Origin: a bacterium
GTDB lineage: Bacteria; Myxococcota; Kuafuiibacteriia; Kuafuiibacteriales; Kuafuiibacteriaceae
Assembly: GCA_030426505.1 (NCBI GenBank)
Contig: JAUHYN010000002.1
Location: 1 to 38,486 of the forward strand
Reading direction: 5' to 3'
DNA: 38,486 nt
Positions 35,682 to 38,486 of the stretch are shown here, one piece after another. Every line of letters begins with the position of its first letter. Position 1 is the stretch's first letter. The position numbers and the translations under genes are program-made. The notes under the pieces are model-generated. The model was not told the DNA's origin. It made no database searches and was given only the letters and a program-made list of their open reading frames with translations.

Positions 35682-35781
35682 TACAGAGTGCGTCTCCAAG
35701 CGATATCCCGCAATCGATTGAGTCTCGAACAGCTGAATCCGAGCATCTGGCGGACGGCTTCCGCGCAATTGGAGGGACGCG

Positions 35782-36294
35782 TTGAGCAGAATCTTCATCT
35801 CATATTCACATGTCGACTCGGCATATGCGGAGGTTGTCGCAAGGTCGATGACTCGCGCGGGGATTCCGTATGCAATCGACAAAATAGAGCTGCGTCCGGG
35901 GGACTCGCTTAGGAGAAGGATCGGCGCGGCTCTGGATTCTGCTACTGCTCTCGTTGCGCTTCTTACGGAGGCTTCGTCAAAGTCGAGGTGGGTCGAGGAC
36001 GAGTTGATACTGATCCGTGACCTCGGGAAGCGCATCGTCCCTGTTCGCTGCGATGCGGCGGAGTGGCCGCCGAGCATCCGGCTTGTTCTGAGCGACTCCT
36101 TGTGGGTGAACGGAGTCACCCCAGATGCCCTCGCTGCGGCCGTTCCAAGGGCATTCTTCGACCTACTCGCCGCGTCACCGTCAGCTGGGATGGGAAGGTT
36201 CTCAAGATTCGTAACGAGACCACGCTCGCCTTCGGTACGGTTGTTTCAGGGGACGCTGCAGACGGCCGTTCGGGAGCTCGGTTTTGGGCGATGA
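35782..36294 (+). CDS. TIR domain protein
   Basis: The TTG start has GGAGGG 5 nt upstream. The motifs are IFISYSHVDSAYAEVV ... IELRPGDSL ... ALVALLTEASSKSRWVEDEL, i.e. betaA FISYS and the WxxxE glutamate context of NAD-cleaving TIRs. Confidence 0.8.
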   Translation: MSRIFISYSHVDSAYAEVVARSMTRAGIPYAIDKIELRPGDSLRRRIGAALDSATALVALLTEASSKSRWVEDELILIRDLGKRIVPVRCDAAEWPPSIRLVLSDSLWVNGVTPDALAAAVPRAFFDLLAASPSAGMGRFSRFVTRPRSPSVRLFQGTLQTAVRELGFGR

Positions 36295-37084
36295 CACTGT
36301 CGTGGTTCCCACGGACCAAAGGGCAGATCCGCGTGGCATCGTAACGCGCAGCGTTCTCGATTTCTTTCGAGTCGAACCTGAGAGCGTCAGAGGTCGAAGT
36401 CGTGCGTTCTCGAGTAGAGAAGTTGTGGAACTCTGGTCTGGTCAGTACGACGGGGTCACCGTACAAGTCGTCGCCTCCACGGTCTTCAACGACGCTGGTG
36501 CATACCGAGCCGAAGATCAGTGGAGAGCCGCCCACGCCGCCTTGAATGCAGCTCGGGCGGCAGGCGCTTCAGTTCTGTTTGTGCCGTCGCTCGGCACTGG
36601 CGCGTATGGATGGCCTCGTGATACTGCCCCCATTAACTGGCTCTATGGAGCGCTCGATTGGACAAAGCAGAACGAACTCGCCACGGAGGAGGCACCCTGG
36701 ATCGTTATTTGCCAACCTGGAGGGGTTGGATTTCGGACTGCAGAGAGTTGGCTAGATGCGCTTACCGGGGAAAGGATAGGTCTCCTCGAACAACGGCGGT
36801 GGCAACTAGAGATTGAGCGACCGGGACTGGCTCCGCAGACTGTTCAAGCGCAATGTGACGCTCCACTTGGAGTAGCGGTCAATCCTCTCGTTCGCGATGT
36901 CCCGGCGCACTCAGTTCCGGTTGCGGTACATCCATCGATTCGGTTCGTGAGAAGGAAGTCGGATCTCATCTACAACCTTGGAACCCCACTGAATCGGACG
37001 GCGTTCGCCGACGGATCTCGGGTTCTTCTCTTTCGCGATGCGACTCAGGCGATGGGGTGGGTCGAGTCGGCGAGCACCCGATGA
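36284..37084 (+). CDS. Macro-like (ADP-ribose-binding fold) protein with an unknown ~115-aa C-terminal domain
   Basis: The TTG at 36284 overlaps the TIR 3' end by 11 nt (the GTG at 36302 is the alternative start). SVLFVPSLGTGAYGWP aligns almost residue for residue with the macro-domain loop-2 consensus (S)IAFPaIsTGiyGfP. The upstream (I/V)VNAAN...GGGV part is poorly preserved (VQVVASTVFNDAG), so the domain may be divergent or minimal. Confidence 0.5.
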   Translation: MGDDTVVVPTDQRADPRGIVTRSVLDFFRVEPESVRGRSRAFSSREVVELWSGQYDGVTVQVVASTVFNDAGAYRAEDQWRAAHAALNAARAAGASVLFVPSLGTGAYGWPRDTAPINWLYGALDWTKQNELATEEAPWIVICQPGGVGFRTAESWLDALTGERIGLLEQRRWQLEIERPGLAPQTVQAQCDAPLGVAVNPLVRDVPAHSVPVAVHPSIRFVRRKSDLIYNLGTPLNRTAFADGSRVLLFRDATQAMGWVESASTR

Positions 37085-37407
37085 ATGCTGACGAGGCGCA
37101 GTCCGCAGCGAGATGAGCCCGGCGGAAATTTCGATATGCCCATTGTGTTCCCCTCGAGTCCGTCGAACCTGAGGCCGTCGCGCGTCGTCATGCTGATCGA
37201 TCCATCGGCCTCGCGGATCTGCGGCACCAGCGGCACCTTGCGAATCTCCGGGTCGGGGTACTGCTCCATCCACAGCCGCAGCGAGCCTTCGAGGACATCG
37301 AGCTCCTCGCAGATCGCCGCGAACGTCGCGCCGTCGGAACGGAGCCTTCGTGCTTGGCTCGCGAGTCGTCTCTTCTCGGATGTGGCCCAATGCCGTCGCT
37401 TCTTCAT
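37045..37407 (-). mobile_element. Remnant of an IS element: transposase HTH_Tnp_1 (IS66 TnpA / IS3 OrfA-like) ORF without a catalytic partner
   Basis: KRRHWATSEKRRLASQARRLRSDGATFAAICEELDVLEGSLRLWMEQ is the helix-turn-helix transposase pattern. PLVPQIREADGSISMTTRDGLRFDG resembles the IS66 TnpA C-terminus. No tnpB/tnpC or DDE ORF follows. The ORF tail overlaps the macro-like gene end by 40 nt. The segment is GC-rich, unlike its neighbours. Confidence 0.5.
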
Positions 37408-37532
37408 CGCGCAGGCGCTACCCGTGGGCGATCAGCCTGTCATGGGGGCTCGGCGAGCACGTACCTTGATCCGCCTGCGAGTATGACCGCGGGTTGACTA
37501 AGGTGAGGGACGGGCGGACTCTCCGTTAGGTA

Positions 37533-38024
37533 ATGGCACGCCGGGTCTTCTCTAGTTTTCACTATCGACCGGATAACTGGCGTGCGGCGCAGGTCCGCAA
37601 TATCGGCGCGATAGAGGGCAATCAACTCGCAACCGACAATGATTGGGAAAGCGTAACGTCGGCAGGCGATGGTGCCATAGAGCGATGGATTCAGCGCCAG
37701 ATGCATGGCCGATCCTGCGTCATTGTCCTCGCGGGCTCCCAGACAGCTAAGCGCAAGTGGATTGACTACGAGATCAAATATGGATGGCAGCAGGGAAAAG
37801 GTGTTTTTGCGATCCATATTCACAGGCTGAAGAATCGACTAGGTCTCCAGTCCCCGAAGGGGTGGAATCCTTTCTCACACCTCAACCTAGGCGGGGTCTC
37901 CTTCGAGACGATCGCTCCTTGTTACAGCCCGCCATTCGTAGACAGTAGGCTGGTCTACCAGTACATTGCCACCAATATTGAACGTTGGATTGAGAACGCA
38001 ATTGCGATTAGGGGACGATTCTGA
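37533..38024 (+). CDS. TIR-like DUF1863 (ThsB-like) domain protein
   Basis: RRVFSSFHYRPDNW ... SCVIVLAGSQTAKRKWIDYEIKYG ... GVFAIHIH matches the DUF1863/MTH538 TIR-like pattern (F(I/S)S(F/Y)HY, T..S.W(V/I).(W/Y)EI). Confidence 0.8.
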   Translation: MARRVFSSFHYRPDNWRAAQVRNIGAIEGNQLATDNDWESVTSAGDGAIERWIQRQMHGRSCVIVLAGSQTAKRKWIDYEIKYGWQQGKGVFAIHIHRLKNRLGLQSPKGWNPFSHLNLGGVSFETIAPCYSPPFVDSRLVYQYIATNIERWIENAIAIRGRF

Positions 38025-38486
38025 TAAGCGGTGTCCGGCGCTATAGGTTGTGGCGATCCTCCTTCCATTGGACAGAATGTTGTTGTCGAATACGTTAGAG
38101 GCGTATGGGTTCGGCGACCTCACCACCGGAAGACTGAAGTGGGCACGCGCCGCCAAGGTGGTTCGCCCCCTTACGAAGAACCGCTTGGCCTTCGCCGGAC
38201 CGGAGGCGCTGTCGATTGTTGCCGTCGCGACCGGAACAACGACGAGCTCATTCAGCTTTCCTGCCGGGCATCGCAGCAGCTATTTGCGCTCGTCACCTGA
38301 CGGGCTACGCTGGTACTTCGCGCCGACATCCGGGGCGGCGGACCAGCGGGGAAGTGTTGATGCGTTCAAGCTAGAGATGGGCGGCCCAGTTCCGATGTGG
38401 AGTGCAAGTGAGCGACGAGCAGAATCGGGTGGCCCTGCATTCCTGGGGGGTCGTCGCCGTCAGCCCCACGATCGTCGTAGGAACCT

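Noticed and set aside
36063-36344. A 93-aa + strand ORF spanning the TIR/macro-like junction. Related alternative frames are 36116..36535(-), 36911..37390(-) and 37085..37486(+).
   Set aside because: These are alternative frames of regions already explained by the motif-bearing TIR, macro-like and transposase-HTH ORFs.
37887-38156. An 89-aa minus-strand ORF.
   Set aside because: It overlaps the 3' 138 nt of the well-supported DUF1863 gene and has no recognisable domain. It may be a shadow frame or a gene fragment.
38031-38300. An 89-aa + strand ORF downstream of the DUF1863 gene.
   Set aside because: The sequence is odd and Arg/Gly/Cys-rich with no motif. Two other frames in the same stretch have equal or better codon bias, so I cannot support it as a gene.
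33273-38390. A shared 10-mer, ATGGGCGGCC, near both island edges (about 33275 and about 38377), considered as possible att-type direct repeats.
   Set aside because: A GC-rich match of only 10 nt between flanks of this size is plausibly chance. The positions do not coincide cleanly with the compositional break.
1-38486. A search by eye for rRNA, tRNA, CRISPR repeats and integrase genes.
   Set aside because: I saw no regularly spaced direct repeats, no cloverleaf-like conserved tRNA boxes next to the island, and no tyrosine or serine recombinase motifs in the ORF translations. Absence is not proven without tRNAscan-SE, Infernal or CRISPR finders.

Overview
The window is a very GC-rich bacterial chromosome segment. 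The gene content suggests Myxococcota: many ECF sigma factors, a Ser/Thr kinase, Cys-rich lipoproteins, a CRTAC1/FG-GAP protein and an exosortase. This taxonomic call is inference only. From about nt 1 to 33,200 the genes are densely packed core-type envelope and regulatory genes. They include a VIT-VWA protein with a PEP-CTERM-like (VPEID-type) tail next to an exosortase-E/CPBP-protease fusion, and a CRTAC1-like protein. They also include a porin, a VTT + CDP-alcohol phosphatidyltransferase ORF, an MFS transporter, and a leaderless Tlde1-like + glucosaminidase cell-wall enzyme. A tightly coupled six-gene cassette follows (ParA-like, two roadblock-like, V4R, a small ORF, REC-DUF4388/PATAN). 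The rest comprises a bestrophin, a Ser/Thr kinase, a TetR regulator, a five-heme cytochrome c, an rRNA-type methyltransferase and two ECF sigma/anti-sigma modules, one of which has a caspase-like protease. From about 33.2 kb to at least 38.1 kb the composition changes abruptly to lower GC, AT-ending codons and TTG/GTG starts. This accessory island carries five + strand genes built from defence-associated domains. They are a PD-(D/E)xK nuclease-like protein, a Schlafen/AlbA_2-like protein, a TIR protein whose 3' end overlaps a macro-like protein, and, beyond a transposase-HTH remnant, a ThsB-like DUF1863 TIR-like protein. This island, and the TIR/macro-like pair in particular, is my best candidate for an undescribed Thoeris-like NAD-signalling immune system. 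I saw no rRNA, tRNA or CRISPR array by eye. All domain calls come from motif recognition in the supplied translations, not from database searches.
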